DNA from: Lysobacter sp.
GTDB taxonomy: Bacteria > Pseudomonadota > Gammaproteobacteria > Xanthomonadales > Xanthomonadaceae
Assembly (NCBI GenBank): GCA_043738095.1
Contig: JAYSZI010000039.1
Span: 10,684-74,683, forward strand
Direction of reading: 5' to 3'
DNA: 64,000 nucleotides
Of the stretch, positions 37,757-54,573 are shown one piece after another. The notes under the pieces are model-generated. The model did not search any database. It saw nothing but the letters and a program-made list of their open reading frames with translations, and was not told the origin of the DNA. The position numbers and the translations under genes are program-made. Position 1 is the first letter of the stretch, and every line of letters starts with the position of its first letter.

Positions 37757-38389
37757 TCAGCCTTCGCCGATCAAGTCGACACCCTTGGGCTTGACGTACT
37801 TGAAAGTCCCGACGCGAAACGCCGGATTACGCTTCCACCCGCTGAAGCTGATCTCGGTGCGCTGACCCCGGGCGTCGACAAAGTGCATCTTCGCCAGACC
37901 CGACTTAGCAAAGCCGAGCCGGGCCGAGCGCAAGCCGGCGTCGTTGCCGGCTTTGGGCGCGAGCGACAGCCAGTTCAGCCCTCCACTTGCACCCGCGTCC
38001 TTGACCACGAACTGTGCATCCAGCTTGGACGGATCCACCAACACCGCCAACGGGCTGTTCTGTTCCTCGGCACCCTGTGGACGTACGCTGACCTGCTGGA
38101 GGTCAGGGTCGTACACCCACACCTTCTTGCCGTCGGCCACGATGAGTTGCGGATACGGCTTGAGGTATTCCCAGCGGAACAAACGTGGCGCCGATACCGC
38201 GACCTTGCCGCTGGATGCTTCCTTTAGCTTGCCCTGGGCGTCAAACACCTGTTGGGTGAACTGGCCATCGAGGCCTTTGAGGCCCTTGGTAAAGGCGTTC
38301 AGGTCGTCGCGACCGCCGGCCGAGGCTGAGCCGACCATCGTTGCCGAGATCAACGCAAGGGACCAGCCAATCTTTGCACTACGGATCAT
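37757..38389 (-). CDS. lolA: Outer-membrane lipoprotein carrier protein LolA
   Basis: Signal peptide and FTQ...LFRWEY..PYPQLIVADGKKVWVYDPDLQQV, typical of LolA. Conserved ftsK-lolA synteny. Confidence 0.9.
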   Translation of the reverse strand: MIRSAKIGWSLALISATMVGSASAGGRDDLNAFTKGLKGLDGQFTQQVFDAQGKLKEASSGKVAVSAPRLFRWEYLKPYPQLIVADGKKVWVYDPDLQQVSVRPQGAEEQNSPLAVLVDPSKLDAQFVVKDAGASGGLNWLSLAPKAGNDAGLRSARLGFAKSGLAKMHFVDARGQRTEISFSGWKRNPAFRVGTFKYVKPKGVDLIGEG

Positions 38390-38505
38390 GGAGTCGCTCC
38401 GGTTTCATTGCGGCCAGTCTGCCGAGATGAAGCTGAATAGGTTTGCACGTCGAGCCTATGCCGGCCGTGACCGACGCAGCCGGTTCAGACACACGTGGCC
38501 CGAGT

Positions 38506-40863
38506 TCAATCCCGTGGCGGTGGCGGCGCCAGCACGCTGCGGTCGCCGTTGTGTTCCTGCGGGCTGACAATGCCGGCGGCCTCCATCGCCTCGACCAGGC
38601 GCGCGGCCCGGTTGTAGCCGATCTTGAGCCGGCGCTGCACGCCGGAGATCGAAGCACGCCGGGTTTCGGTGACGATGCGTACAGCCTCGTCGTACAACGG
38701 ATCGGACTCGTCCCCGCCTGCGCTGCTCGCTTCGGGCAGGCCACTGGCGCCCACCACCACGCCGTCGCCCATGGTCTGCACTTCGTCGAGTACGCCATCC
38801 AGATAGGCCGGGCCACCGCCGATCTGCTTGAGGTGTTCGACCACGCGGTGCACTTCCTCATCGCTGACGAAAGCGCCATGCACGCGCTCGGGCATCGCCG
38901 TGCCCGGAGGCAAGAACAACATGTCGCCGTGGCCCAGCAGCGTCTCGGCACCGGATTGATCCAGGATCGTGCGCGAGTCGATCTTGCTCGACACCTGAAA
39001 CGCGATGCGGGTCGGGATGTTGGCCTTGATCAAGCCCGTAATCACGTCGACCGACGGCCGCTGGGTGGCGAGAATCAGATGGATGCCGGCAGCGCGCGAC
39101 TTCTGCGCAAGGCGCGCGATCAGCTCTTCGACCTTCTTGCCGACGACCATCATCATGTCGGCGAATTCGTCGATGAAGATCACGATGAACGGCAGTTCTT
39201 CCAGCGGCCGCGGAGCTTCGCCCAGCGCAGCGTTGGGTTTGAACAAGGGGTCCATCAACGGCTGGCCGGCGTCGATGGCGTCCTTCACTTTCTTGTTGAA
39301 GCCGGCCAGGTTGCGCACGCCGACGCTGCTCATCAGCTTGTAGCGGCGCTCCATCTCGGCCACGCACCAGCGCAGGCCGTTTGCCGCCTCCTTCATGTCG
39401 GTCACGACCGGCGCGATCAGGTGTGGGATGCCTTCGTAGACCGAGAGTTCGAGCATCTTGGGGTCGATCATCAGCATCCGCAGCTGTTTGGCCGACGCCT
39501 TGTACAACAGGCTCAACACCATTGCGTTGACGGCGACCGACTTGCCCGAGCCGGTGGTGCCAGCGACCAGCAGATGCGGCATGCGCGCGAGGTCGGCAAC
39601 GGTCGGGCGGCCGCCGATGTCCTTGCCCAGCGCCAGCGTCAGCGGACTGGTGGCCTTGTCGTATTCCTTGGAGCGCAACAGCTCGGACAGGAAGATCATC
39701 TCGCGCGTCGTGTTCGGCGTTTCCAGTCCAATCACCGACTTGCCTGGGATCACGTCGACCACGCGCACCGACTTCACTGATAGGCCGCGAGCAATGTCCT
39801 TGTCGAGCGAGCTGATCTGGCTGACTTTTACGCCCGGGGCGGGCTGCACCTCAAAGCGGGTGATCACCGGGCCCGGATACGCGCCAACGACCTGTGCGTC
39901 GATGCGGAAATCCTTGAGCTTGAATTCGATCTGCCGCGAAATCGTCTCGAGCGTCTCGTCGCTGTAGCCCTTCGGTTGCGGCTTGGGGTCGTCGAGCAAC
40001 GCCAACGGCGGGATGCCACTGCCATCGCCGACGTGGAACAGCGGGATCTGCTGCTCGCGCTTGGCGCGGTCGCTTTTTTCCACCGCGGCGGGCGCCGGCG
40101 GTTCGATCCGAACCGGCGCGCGCTTGGCCCGCAGTTCGGTGTCGACCTTGCGCACTTCCTCGCGTTCGTCGCGCATGGCGCGCGTCTGCTGCCATTCGCT
40201 GGCCTGCTGGCTGCCACGGCGGAACACCTTGCCCAGGACCGGCCCCAGCATCATCGCCCCCTGACCGATGCGGTCCATCACCGCCAGCCACGACAAGCCG
40301 GTCGCCAAGGTGATCGACACCAACAGCAACGCCAGCAGAAACAAATTACCGCCGACGGGTCCGAAGCCGCGATACAGCGAATTGCCGACCAGTTGGCCGA
40401 GGATGCCGCCACTACCGGCGGAAAAGTCCGGTGCCACGCCCAAGCGCAGCTGCAGCAAGCCCGTGGCCGACACCAGAAAGCCGACGATGCCGATCAGGCG
40501 TAATGCGGGCCCCAGATCCGCGTCGCCATCGCCATCGGCATCCATGCCGAACAGCGCAATCCAGGCGATCAAGCCCAGCATCACCGGCAGCAGGAACGCG
40601 ACATAGCCGCACAGGTACAGCAACACGTCGGCCAACTTAGCGCCAACCGGCCCGCCGACATTGTGCAGCGGCGCAGTGACGCTGCCCGAGTGCGACCAGC
40701 TGGGATCCTGCGGCGAATACGTCAGCAGGCTCGCCAGCAAGTACAGCAGCAGCGGCGCGATCAGGATCAATGCGATATCCCGCATCAAGCGCTGACGACG
40801 CGGCGACGGCGGCGCTTTGGCCGCCGAGGCTTTCTTGCGGCTTGCTGTGGTCGCCTGCGCCAC
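38506..40863 (-). CDS. ftsK: DNA translocase FtsK
   Basis: N-terminal TM domain, motor domain with Walker A GTTGSGKS, and C-terminal gamma domain ...[24 protein letters not shown]. Confidence 0.95.
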   Translation of the reverse strand: MAQATTASRKKASAAKAPPSPRRQRLMRDIALILIAPLLLYLLASLLTYSPQDPSWSHSGSVTAPLHNVGGPVGAKLADVLLYLCGYVAFLLPVMLGLIAWIALFGMDADGDGDADLGPALRLIGIVGFLVSATGLLQLRLGVAPDFSAGSGGILGQLVGNSLYRGFGPVGGNLFLLALLLVSITLATGLSWLAVMDRIGQGAMMLGPVLGKVFRRGSQQASEWQQTRAMRDEREEVRKVDTELRAKRAPVRIEPPAPAAVEKSDRAKREQQIPLFHVGDGSGIPPLALLDDPKPQPKGYSDETLETISRQIEFKLKDFRIDAQVVGAYPGPVITRFEVQPAPGVKVSQISSLDKDIARGLSVKSVRVVDVIPGKSVIGLETPNTTREMIFLSELLRSKEYDKATSPLTLALGKDIGGRPTVADLARMPHLLVAGTTGSGKSVAVNAMVLSLLYKASAKQLRMLMIDPKMLELSVYEGIPHLIAPVVTDMKEAANGLRWCVAEMERRYKLMSSVGVRNLAGFNKKVKDAIDAGQPLMDPLFKPNAALGEAPRPLEELPFIVIFIDEFADMMMVVGKKVEELIARLAQKSRAAGIHLILATQRPSVDVITGLIKANIPTRIAFQVSSKIDSRTILDQSGAETLLGHGDMLFLPPGTAMPERVHGAFVSDEEVHRVVEHLKQIGGGPAYLDGVLDEVQTMGDGVVVGASGLPEASSAGGDESDPLYDEAVRIVTETRRASISGVQRRLKIGYNRAARLVEAMEAAGIVSPQEHNGDRSVLAPPPPRD

Positions 40864-40955
40864 CGTGATGTTCTGCCTTAGCTAGCGGGTGTTAGCTGTT
40901 GAATATACGGGGAAAGCAGGGGAATGATACGGCGGGAGTGGTCAGGCGGGAATGA

Positions 40956-43300
<2,345 letters not shown>

Positions 43301-43301
<1 letters not shown>

Positions 43302-44434
43302 TGCCGGAAGCGCGCACGCTCAGCGCGCTGTCTCAGGTTTCGGCCGCGCAATGGGATGCGCTGCACGACGGCCGCAACCCGTTCGTCTCCCACGCGTTCC
43401 TGGCCGGGCTCGAGCAGCACGGCTGCCTGCGCGCGCAATGGGGCTGGACCCCGCGCCATTTGACGTTGTGGCAAGGCGACGACCTCGTCGCTGCGGCGCC
43501 GGGGTACGTGAAGCACAACTCGCACGGCGAGTTCGTATTCGACCACGCCTGGGCCCACGCGTACGCGCAGCACGGACTCGATTATTTTCCGAAGTGGCTG
43601 TGCGCGGTGCCATATTCGCCGGTGACTGGGCCGCGGTTGCTTGCGCGCGATCCCATCCAGCAACGCGCGCTGCTCGAGGCGACGATCAGTCTCACCGGCC
43701 GCGAAGGCCTGTCTTCGGCCCACGTCAATTTCCTCACCGCTGAAGAAGCCGTTGCGTTCAGTGAGCCATGGTTGCCCCGGCTCGACGTGCAGTACCACTG
43801 GCACAACACTGCCGGCTGGCGCACGTTCGATGAGTTCCTTGCCGCGTTCGATCACAAGCACCGCAAGAACATCCGCCAGGAGCGCGCCAAGGTCGCTCGC
43901 GCTGGCGTGGAGTTCCGCATTGTCGAAGGTGCTAACGCCGTTGAGGCCGACCTCGCCGCGATGCACGGGTTCTACCGGCAGACGTTCGCCGAATACGGCA
44001 ACCATCCGGCCCTGACGCTGGAATTTCTGCGCCACCTGGCCGCGACGATTCCGCAGGCGCTGGTGATGTTCTTCGCCCAGCGCGATGGCCGCGACATTGC
44101 CGGCGCGCTGTGCCTGCGCGGCGGCGACACGCTCTACGGCCGCTACTGGGGTGCAAGCGAAGCGCAGCCGGGCCTGCACTTTGAAACCTGCTACTACCAA
44201 GGCATCGACTACTGCCTGCGAGAGGGCTTGACCCGGTTCGAGCCGGGCGCGCAAGGCGAACACAAGCTCGCGCGGGGCTTCATGCCGGTGCTGGTGCACA
44301 GCCGGCACTGGATCGCCGAGTCCGGCTTTCGTGACGCCCTGCGTAAGTGGTGCACGCAGGAGGCGGCGTCCGTGCAGCGCTACGCAGCGCGGCTGGGCGA
44401 GCGCTCGCCGTTCAAGGTGCGGCCGGAAGCCTGA
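43301..44434 (+). CDS. GNAT/FemAB-like acyltransferase-fold protein (DUF482 / BioF2-like family)
   Basis: ...NPFVSHAFLAGLEQHGC...YVKHNSHGEFVFDHAWA...YGRYWG...ETCYYQGIDYC...FEPGAQGEHKLARGF. Start overlaps the trxB stop (TGATG). Confidence 0.75.
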
Positions 44435-44437
44435 GCG

Positions 44438-45181
44438 ATGGCCTTACGATTGCCGCACTTGTCTCCCGATCCGCTGGCGCCGTTTCCGGACGCGTGCACG
44501 GCGTTGCGCGATCCCGATGGGCTATTGGCGATGGGCGGCGACCTGAGTCCCGAGCGCCTGCTCAACGCCTATGGCCACGGCATCTTTCCGTGGTTTTCCG
44601 AGGGGCAGCCGCTGATGTGGTGGAGCCCCAATCCGCGCACGGTGTTCCGCACCGAGCGCGTGCGGCTGTCGTCGCGCCTGCGCCGACAGTTACGCCACTG
44701 CCCCTGGATCGTGCGCGCCGACACGGCGTTCGAGCGTGTGATCACGGCCTGCGCGCAGACGCCTCGCGCTGGCCAGCGTGGGACCTGGATTACCGCCGAC
44801 ATGCGCCGCGCCTACATTGCGCTGCATCGGCTCGGGCACTCCCATAGCGTCGAAGTGTTCGACGGGGAGCAGTTGGTGGGCGGCATTTATGGGGTGGCGA
44901 TCGGGCGGATGTTCTTCGGCGAAAGTATGTTCAGCGCGCAAAGCGGCGGCTCCAAGGTGGCGTTGGCTGCCCTCACCCACCGGCTGCATGCTTGGGGGTG
45001 GCCGCTACTGGATGCGCAAGTGGAAAACGCCCACCTGCTTAGCCTTGGCGCCGAGTTGTGGCCGCGCGGACAGTTCCTGGAGGCGATTGCGGCGCTGGTG
45101 ACGCTATCCGGCGCGCCCGGCCCTTGGACCGATTGCTTCGGCGATATCGCGGTGCACGAGCTGGCCCGGCTGCCGGAATGA
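44438..45181 (+). CDS. aat: Leucyl/phenylalanyl-tRNA--protein transferase
   Basis: GLLAMGGDLSPERLLNAYGHGIFPWF...PLMWWSPNPR...GGIYGVAIGRMFFGESMFS. The aat-infA-clpA-clpS neighbourhood is conserved. Confidence 0.9.
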   Translation: MALRLPHLSPDPLAPFPDACTALRDPDGLLAMGGDLSPERLLNAYGHGIFPWFSEGQPLMWWSPNPRTVFRTERVRLSSRLRRQLRHCPWIVRADTAFERVITACAQTPRAGQRGTWITADMRRAYIALHRLGHSHSVEVFDGEQLVGGIYGVAIGRMFFGESMFSAQSGGSKVALAALTHRLHAWGWPLLDAQVENAHLLSLGAELWPRGQFLEAIAALVTLSGAPGPWTDCFGDIAVHELARLPE

Positions 45182-45289
45182 ACGCGATCGCAGGGCCTTT
45201 TGCGCCGACCCCCGGCGCGTGGCAGAATGCCCGGCTTCGCGGGCGCGCTGCGCCGGCCAGATAGCGACAATCGCAACTTTAGGGAACAC

Positions 45290-45508
45290 ATGGCAAAAGA
45301 TGACGTGATCGAATTCGAGGGCACGGTGGCGGAAACCCTTCCGAACACCATGTTTCGTGTACGCCTCGAAAACGGGCACGAGATCATTGCCCATATCTCC
45401 GGACGGATGCGTAAGAACTACATCCGCATCCTGACCGGCGACAAGGTCAAGGTGGAGATGACGCCATACGATCTGAGCAAGGGTCGTATCACTTACCGCA
45501 TGAAGTAA
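45290..45508 (+). CDS. infA: Translation initiation factor IF-1
   Basis: [72 protein letters not shown] is near-invariant IF-1 sequence. Confidence 0.97.
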   Translation: MAKDDVIEFEGTVAETLPNTMFRVRLENGHEIIAHISGRMRKNYIRILTGDKVKVEMTPYDLSKGRITYRMK

Positions 45509-45526
45509 TAGCGGTAACGTGTTGAT

Positions 45527-45557
45527 AAAAAAGGCGGCCACTGGCCGCCTTTTTGTT
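45527..45557. terminator. Bidirectional intrinsic terminator between infA (+) and clpA (-)
   Basis: AAAAAA-GGCGGCC-act-GGCCGCC-TTTTTGTTG. Confidence 0.8.
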
Positions 45558-45583
45558 GTGCCCAAGATCTTACGCCCAAGAAT

Positions 45584-47866
45584 TCACACCGTCACGGGCA
45601 GCAGCTTCTCCGGCTCGGGCTGTGCGTCGACGAGCAGTTCGTCGTCGCGCACATCGATCGTGACGCGGCCGCCATGCAGCAGCTTGCCAAACAGCAGTTC
45701 GTCGGCCAGAGGACGCTTGATCTTGTCCTGGATTACCCGGGACATCGGGCGAGCACCCATCAACGGGTCGAAGCCGTGCTGGGCCAACCAGTCGCGCGCG
45801 GTCGGCGTAGCGCTCAGGACCACGTTCTTGTCGTGCAACTGCGCCTCCAGTTCGATAAGGAACTTGTCGACCACGCGCAGGATGTGATCGAACCCCAGGG
45901 CCTGAAACTGCACGACCGCGTCCAGCCGGTTGCGGAATTCCGGGCTAAAGCCCTTGCGGATCACTTCCATCGCGTCGCTGGAATGATCTTGCTTGGTAAA
46001 ACCAATCGAGCGCCGTGCCGCCTGCGCTGCGCCGGCATTGGTGGTCATCACCAGCACCACGTTGCGGAAGTTCGCCTCGCGCCCATTGGTGTCGGTCAGC
46101 ACGCCGCGGTCCATGACCTGCAACAGAATGTTGAAGATGTCCGGATGGGCCTTCTCGACCTCGTCCAGCAGCAGCACGCAGTGCGGGGTCTTGACGATCT
46201 TCTCGGTCAGCAGGCCGCCCTGGTCGAAACCGACATAGCCGGGAGGCGCACCGATCAGGCGCGACACCGAGTGCGACTCCATGTATTCCGACATGTCGAA
46301 GCGCACCAACTCGATGCCTAACTGCAGCGCGAGCTGCTTGGTCACCTCGGTCTTGCCGACGCCGGTCGGGCCAGCGAACAGGAAGTTGCCTATCGGCTTG
46401 TCGGGATTGGCCAGCCCGGACCGCGCGAGCTTGATCGCCGAGGTCAGTGTGTCGATTGCCGGATCCTGGCCGAAGATCACCATCTTGAGATTGCGTTCGA
46501 GGTTGCGCAGCACGTCCTTGTCGCTGGCCGACACTTGCTTAGTCGGAATCCGCGCCATCTTCGCCACGATCGTCTCGATTTCCTCGGTATCGATCAGGGT
46601 CTTGCGCACGGCCGGTGGCAACAAGCGCTGGCGCGCACCGGCCTCGTCGATCACGTCAATAGCCTTGTCCGGCAGCAGGCGGTCGCCGATGTGCTTGACC
46701 GACAGGTCCACGGCCGCCTGCAGGGCATCGTCGGCGTAGGTCACGCCGTGATGGGTCTCGTAGCGCAGCTTGAGGCCGTGCAGGATTTCCACGGCCTCGC
46801 CCACGGTCGGCTCGACGATGTCGATCTTCTGGAAGCGCCGCGCCAGCGCACGGTCCTTCTCGAACACGCCACGGTATTCCTGGAACGTGGTCGAACCGAT
46901 GCAGCGCAGCTCGCCGGTCGACAGCGCTGGCTTGATCAGGTTGCTTGCGTCCATGGTGCCGCCACTGGCCGAGCCCGCGCCGATGATGGTGTGGATCTCG
47001 TCGATGAACAGCACCGCTTCGGGCATCTTCTTGAGCTGCGCGAGGACTGCTTTGAGGCGCTTTTCGAAGTCGCCGCGGTACTTGGTGCCGGCAACCAGCG
47101 CGCCCAGGTCGAGCGCGAAGATGGTCGCGTTGGCGAGCACGTCGGGCACGTCGCCTTCGACGATGCGCTTGGCCAGACCTTCAGCGATCGCGGTCTTGCC
47201 GACGCCGGCCTCGCCCACGTACAGCGGATTGTTCTTGCGCCGGCGGCACAGCACCTGGATGGTGCGTTCGACTTCGTCGGCGCGGCCGACCAGCGGGTCG
47301 ATCTTGCCGTCGCGGGCCATCTGGTTGAGGTTGACCGCAAACTCAGCCAGCGCGTCGGATTTGCCCTCGCCGTCGCCACCATCGACCGGCTTAGCGTCGC
47401 TGTCATCCTGCGAACGACCGGAATCGTCGCCGCTGTTCCGGGCCAGGCCGTGCGACAGGTAATTGACCACGTCCAGGCGCGCCACGTCCTGCTGATTGAG
47501 GTAGTAGACCGCGTGCGAATCCTTTTCGCCGAAGATCGCCACCAGCACGTTGGCGCCGGTGACCTCCTTCTTGCCGGAGGATTGCACGTGGTAGACCGCG
47601 CGCTGCAGCACGCGCTGGAACCCCAGCGTTGGCTGGGTGTCGCGGTCGATGTCTTCGGGCAGCACCGACACCGAAGTGGCGATCGCTTCCTCCAGGTCGC
47701 CGCGCAGTCGCGCGAAGTCGGTTCCGCAGGCCTTGAGTACACCTTCGGCCGAGGGATTATCGAGCAGCGCAAGCAGCAGGTGCTCGACCGTCATGTACTC
47801 ATGGCGCGCCTCGCGGGCGCGCTTGTAGCACTGGCCGATGCTGTATTCGAGGTCTTTGCTGAACAT
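45584..47866 (-). CDS. clpA: ATP-dependent Clp protease ATP-binding subunit ClpA
   Basis: N-domain; two AAA+ modules with Walker A GEAGVGKT and GPTGVGKT. 760 aa. Confidence 0.95.
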   Translation of the reverse strand: MFSKDLEYSIGQCYKRAREARHEYMTVEHLLLALLDNPSAEGVLKACGTDFARLRGDLEEAIATSVSVLPEDIDRDTQPTLGFQRVLQRAVYHVQSSGKKEVTGANVLVAIFGEKDSHAVYYLNQQDVARLDVVNYLSHGLARNSGDDSGRSQDDSDAKPVDGGDGEGKSDALAEFAVNLNQMARDGKIDPLVGRADEVERTIQVLCRRRKNNPLYVGEAGVGKTAIAEGLAKRIVEGDVPDVLANATIFALDLGALVAGTKYRGDFEKRLKAVLAQLKKMPEAVLFIDEIHTIIGAGSASGGTMDASNLIKPALSTGELRCIGSTTFQEYRGVFEKDRALARRFQKIDIVEPTVGEAVEILHGLKLRYETHHGVTYADDALQAAVDLSVKHIGDRLLPDKAIDVIDEAGARQRLLPPAVRKTLIDTEEIETIVAKMARIPTKQVSASDKDVLRNLERNLKMVIFGQDPAIDTLTSAIKLARSGLANPDKPIGNFLFAGPTGVGKTEVTKQLALQLGIELVRFDMSEYMESHSVSRLIGAPPGYVGFDQGGLLTEKIVKTPHCVLLLDEVEKAHPDIFNILLQVMDRGVLTDTNGREANFRNVVLVMTTNAGAAQAARRSIGFTKQDHSSDAMEVIRKGFSPEFRNRLDAVVQFQALGFDHILRVVDKFLIELEAQLHDKNVVLSATPTARDWLAQHGFDPLMGARPMSRVIQDKIKRPLADELLFGKLLHGGRVTIDVRDDELLVDAQPEPEKLLPVTV

Positions 47867-48022
47867 GGGAGGGTGCCTCCAAATCGTCTGCTGACCTAGA
47901 TGGGGACGCGTCCGGACAATTCCATGGTGGCCCCTGCAAGTGGCCTCTTCCTGAAAGTTTTGGACCCGCCGATTTTCGGCGCGTTCAACCCCTTATCGGT
48001 AGAGACGTTCTACGGACAACTT

Positions 48023-48343
48023 TTAGGCCTTTTCCATCGTGCACAGCAAGGGGTGTTGATTGATCCGAGAGTATTCATTCACCTGAGCTACTTTCGATTC
48101 GGCCACTTCGCGCGTGAACACACCGCATACACCGCGGCCGCGGGTATGCACGTGCAGCATGATCTGCGTGGCTTTCTCGGCGCTCATCGGGAAGAAACGC
48201 ATCAGCACCTCGACGACGAAGTCCATCGGGGTGTAGTCGTCGTTGAGCAGGAGCACGGAGTACAGGGGTGGCCTGGCGACTTCGGGCTTGCTGGGTGCTA
48301 CCAGTACGCCGTGACTGTGATCGTGATCGGTCTGTTTGGCCAT
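48023..48343 (-). CDS. clpS: ATP-dependent Clp protease adaptor ClpS
   Basis: ...[27 protein letters not shown]...A..IML.VH..G.GVCGVFT.EVAE.K. Confidence 0.95.
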   Translation of the reverse strand: MAKQTDHDHSHGVLVAPSKPEVARPPLYSVLLLNDDYTPMDFVVEVLMRFFPMSAEKATQIMLHVHTRGRGVCGVFTREVAESKVAQVNEYSRINQHPLLCTMEKA

Positions 48344-48515
48344 GCGGGGAATTATAGGCCGCCGCCTTGGATATCAAGTCTCGACGATTGACCTCCGGGA
48401 TTGCCTCCACCATTCGCCTTCACGATGCGCCCTTCGCGATCGGCCTTTAATGGACGGCCACGCGCCGGACGCGGCAAAATGCCGGCGCACTATTGAGTGC
48501 GGGAGCGATCCGAGC

Positions 48516-48995
48516 ATGAGTTACCGAGAAGGCCGCTTCTGGCAACCGGACGTAACCGTGGCCACGGTAGTGGTCAATGGCGGCCGGCTGCTGATGGTCG
48601 AGGAGACGGTGGCCGGTCAGCTGGTGTTGAACCAGCCGGCAGGTCATCTGGAGCCCGACGAGAGCCTGGTCGATGCCGCCCTGCGCGAGACGCGCGAGGA
48701 AACCGGCTGGCACGTGCGTCTGACCGCGTTCGTCGGCGCGTATCAGTGGAAGGCACCGGTGGCAGCCGACGGCAGCGGCGGCCGGCACTACCTGCGCTTT
48801 GCCTTCGCCGCCGAGCCGGTATCGCACGACCCGCAGCAACGACTGGACGAAGGCATCGTGCGGGCGTTGTGGCTGGCCCCGGCCGAACTGGAAGCGCAGC
48901 GCACCCGCCATCGCAGTCCACTGGTGTGGCAAGCGACCGCAGATTTCTTGGCAGGCCGACGCCACCCGCTGGACCTGTTGCAACACATGGCATGA
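48516..48995 (+). CDS. NUDIX hydrolase
   Basis: Nudix box [22 protein letters not shown]. Start at MSYREG (48516). The stop overlaps the mnmA start (ATGA). Confidence 0.85.
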   Translation: MSYREGRFWQPDVTVATVVVNGGRLLMVEETVAGQLVLNQPAGHLEPDESLVDAALRETREETGWHVRLTAFVGAYQWKAPVAADGSGGRHYLRFAFAAEPVSHDPQQRLDEGIVRALWLAPAELEAQRTRHRSPLVWQATADFLAGRRHPLDLLQHMA

Positions 48996-50122
48996 ACGCG
49001 TCGGGCCACGCCATCAGGACGGTCGTAGGCATGTCCGGCGGCGTCGACTCATCGGTGGCCGCGTTGCGTCTACGAGACGCAGGCGAACCGTTGGCTGGCT
49101 TGTTCATGCAGAACTGGGCCGACGACGGCAGCGGTGATTGCCGCGCCGACGACGACCGCCGCGATGCGGTCGCGGTCTGCGGCAGGCTCGGCATCCCGAT
49201 CCATTTCCGCGATTTCTCCGGCGAGTACTGGGGCGGCGTGTTCGAGCATTTCCTTGCCGAGTACGCCGCCGGCCGCACACCCAACCCGGACGTGCTGTGC
49301 AATCGCGAGATCAAGTTCAAGCATTTCCTCGACGCCGCGCGCGAGCTGGGTGCACAGTTCATCGCTACCGGGCACTACGCCCGCGTCGCGCGTAACGGCC
49401 ACCGCTACCATCTGCTGCGGGCGGCTGACCGCAGCAAGGATCAGAGCTACTTCCTGCACCAGCTGGGTCAGGCGCAGCTGGCGGCGACGCTATTTCCGCT
49501 CGGCGACATGCTAAAGAGTGACATCCGTCGCATCGCCGCTGAAGCCGAACTGCCCACGGCAGCGAAGAAGGATTCCACCGGCATCTGCTTTATCGGCGAA
49601 CGGGATTTCCGTGAATTCCTCTCGCGCTACCTGCCCGCGCGTGCGGGGGAGATCCGCACGCCCGACGGGCGCCGCGTCGGCGAACATGCGGGCGTGTTCT
49701 TTTTCACCCTCGGCCAGCGCGAAGGGCTGAACATCGGCGGCGTGCGTGGTTTTGCGCCCGCACCCTGGTATGTGGTCGGCAAGGACGTTGCCAACAATGT
49801 GCTTTATGTCGATCAGGGTATTGAGAACCCTTGGCTGCAGTCGCATACCTTGTGGTCCGAGACCGCGCATTGGGTCTCGGGCTCACCGCCCGCGGCGCGC
49901 TTCGCATGCACGGCGCAGACGCGCTACCGGCAGATCGATGAGGCTTGCGAGGTCACCGTGGGCGAGGATGGCCGCTTGCAGGTGCGGTTCGCCGCGCCGC
50001 AACGCGCGGTCACGCCAGGGCAGTCGCTGGTGCTTTACCAAGATAACGAGTGCTTGGGGGGCGCCGTGATCGCCGCCACCGATGCCCTACTGGAACAACG
50101 CTTGAAGGCCCATGCTGCATGA
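48992..50122 (+). CDS. mnmA: tRNA-specific 2-thiouridylase MnmA
   Basis: PP-loop [36 protein letters not shown]. Confidence 0.95.
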   Translation: MNASGHAIRTVVGMSGGVDSSVAALRLRDAGEPLAGLFMQNWADDGSGDCRADDDRRDAVAVCGRLGIPIHFRDFSGEYWGGVFEHFLAEYAAGRTPNPDVLCNREIKFKHFLDAARELGAQFIATGHYARVARNGHRYHLLRAADRSKDQSYFLHQLGQAQLAATLFPLGDMLKSDIRRIAAEAELPTAAKKDSTGICFIGERDFREFLSRYLPARAGEIRTPDGRRVGEHAGVFFFTLGQREGLNIGGVRGFAPAPWYVVGKDVANNVLYVDQGIENPWLQSHTLWSETAHWVSGSPPAARFACTAQTRYRQIDEACEVTVGEDGRLQVRFAAPQRAVTPGQSLVLYQDNECLGGAVIAATDALLEQRLKAHAA

Positions 50123-50754
50123 GCGACACCCTACAAGACCGCATCACCCATCCGTTGCAAGACCGCGCCCTCGCGTTGGCGGGTTTGGCCCAGGCGCTGG
50201 CGCAGGTACGCCGGATCGCCGACACGGGCCAGGCCGACGCGCGTGTGCTGGGCGCGGCCGTAGATTCGATTTTCAGGATCGACGCACCATCGACAGCGGC
50301 GGTATTCGGCGGCGACGAGGCCCTGCGGTCGGGCTTGACCCTGCTGCGGGATTACTTCGATAACCAGCTGCGCGACGAGCAACTGCCGCGTCTGGTGCTG
50401 GCGGTGATGCAGCTCGAGCGGCGCTTCGTGCGCGACAACGACATGGTCGAGCGCGTACAGGCTGGCATCGCGGCCCAGTCTCCGGTCGCACAGCGCCTCG
50501 GCAGCGGCCATCCGGACGTACTCACCGCATTGGGTAGCCTGTACGCCGACACCCTCAGCCACCTGCGCCCGCGCGTGCTGGTGCAAGGCAACCCCCACTA
50601 CCTGGGTCAAGCCACCGTGGTCGCCGAGGTGCGCGCGGTGCTGCTCGCCGCCGTACGGGCCGCGGTGCTGTGGCGGCAGTTAGGCGGCAGCTTGTGGGAT
50701 TTCCTCCTGCGGCGGAAGGATCTGGTGGCTGCGGTGCGGGCGCAGCTGGGCTGA
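50119..50754 (+). CDS. hflD: High-frequency-of-lysogenization protein HflD homologue
   Basis: [26 protein letters not shown]... Conserved mnmA-hflD adjacency with an ATGA overlap. Confidence 0.85.
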   Translation: MSDTLQDRITHPLQDRALALAGLAQALAQVRRIADTGQADARVLGAAVDSIFRIDAPSTAAVFGGDEALRSGLTLLRDYFDNQLRDEQLPRLVLAVMQLERRFVRDNDMVERVQAGIAAQSPVAQRLGSGHPDVLTALGSLYADTLSHLRPRVLVQGNPHYLGQATVVAEVRAVLLAAVRAAVLWRQLGGSLWDFLLRRKDLVAAVRAQLG

Positions 50755-51028
50755 TCTGGATCGGGTGCGAATACCGCGTCCGTGATACCCAAACCGCCCG
50801 ACGAGCTGCACGAATCCAAGCCGGCCGGTTGATGGCAAAAAAGCGCCCCGTGGAAACTTGGCGGACCAAGGTTGGCTCGCGCAGCAGGCAGGACCGGTTG
50901 CAATTGCCGAACCATGCGGCGGTCGCAGGCAATAGGTTTCCGTTTGCGGCATAATTACGCGGCTTTGTAGCGGTGTTTGCCCCCGCGCCTTCCCCCTATT
51001 CCTTTGCTGCAGCCCCCGGAGCCCCCCA

Positions 51029-53791
<2,763 letters not shown>

Positions 53792-53825
53792 GCGCTACAA
53801 CCGCGCCTGCAGATGGATCCTTTGT

Positions 53826-53852
53826 AAAAGAGCGGCTCCGGCCGCTCTTTTA
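53826..53852 (+). terminator. Intrinsic terminator after acnA
   Basis: AAAA-GAGCGGC-tccg-GCCGCTC-TTTT. Confidence 0.8.
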
Positions 53853-54129
53853 CTTTGCCGGACAGCGCCAGCGTCAGCCCGGGGCGGCGATTGCTGCCAC
53901 TGTTTTGGCTACCCTTTACCCTGCTGCTTGCCCGTTAGTTTCGGTGCATCCCTTGCTTGTCCTCGACGACAGTCAGCAATTACCCAGTACAAATAATGCG
54001 AACGAAGCGTTCGTTTGATTGGTGCTTTTGCCGAACACAGGCACCGTCATTCCGGGCGGCAAGAGTTGCCACTGTTGCCTAGCAATTACCCGGCACAAGT
54101 GAGGCAAGCGAAGCGCGTTTGATTGGGCG

Positions 54130-54573
54130 CTACAGTCGCGGCTTCCACTGGGCGCTGATCAGACGCCACTCGCCATCCTCGATCCGCCAAGCCGTTTGAA
54201 CATCGTAGACGCTGGCGGCTTCGGGCAGCACCGCACCGGTGCCGCCAGACAACGCGGCGGTAAACCCTACGGTTGCGTGCTGCTCTTGGATGCTGATCTG
54301 CGGCGGACCCACAGACGCGCCGATGTCACGATGGCGCAGGAACAGCAGTTGCGCCAACCGACGAGCGCCCGCACGGTCGAGGCCTTCAGGACCGACAAAG
54401 TCGGCAGCCAAGGCGTCCTCCACCGCCGATGCATCGCGCGCTTCGACGGAGGCCTGCAGTGCCGTCAATGTTTCGCGTAGCTGCTGTTCCGGCGGTGTTC
54501 GCGTGCACCCACCCGCCGCAATCACGGCGATCAGAGCGAGCACACAGGCAGTTGTTTTAGTTATCGCAGCCAT
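54130..54573 (-). CDS. Lipoprotein with a probable NTF2/SnoaL-like fold (147 aa)
   Basis: Start moved to MAAITKTTACVLALIAVIAAGGC (lipobox AAGGC). The remainder resembles DUF4440/SnoaL-like small proteins (...WRIEDGEWRLISAQW). Confidence 0.6.
   Translation of the reverse strand: MAAITKTTACVLALIAVIAAGGCTRTPPEQQLRETLTALQASVEARDASAVEDALAADFVGPEGLDRAGARRLAQLLFLRHRDIGASVGPPQISIQEQHATVGFTAALSGGTGAVLPEAASVYDVQTAWRIEDGEWRLISAQWKPRL

Noticed and set aside
38443-39780. 445-aa plus-strand ORF antisense to ftsK. Analogous long antisense ORFs are 46535..47899 (clpA), 50996..52339 (acnA), 54557..56335 (rpfB) and 13737..14693 (fumA).
   Set aside because: In every case the opposite strand encodes a full-length, highly conserved protein. 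The antisense translations are compositionally biased and carry no motifs.
48497-48991. 165-codon N-terminal extension of the mnmA ORF
   Set aside because: It overlaps the NUDIX gene in another frame. The MnmA homology (PP-loop) begins right after ATG 48992, which overlaps the NUDIX stop as ATGA.
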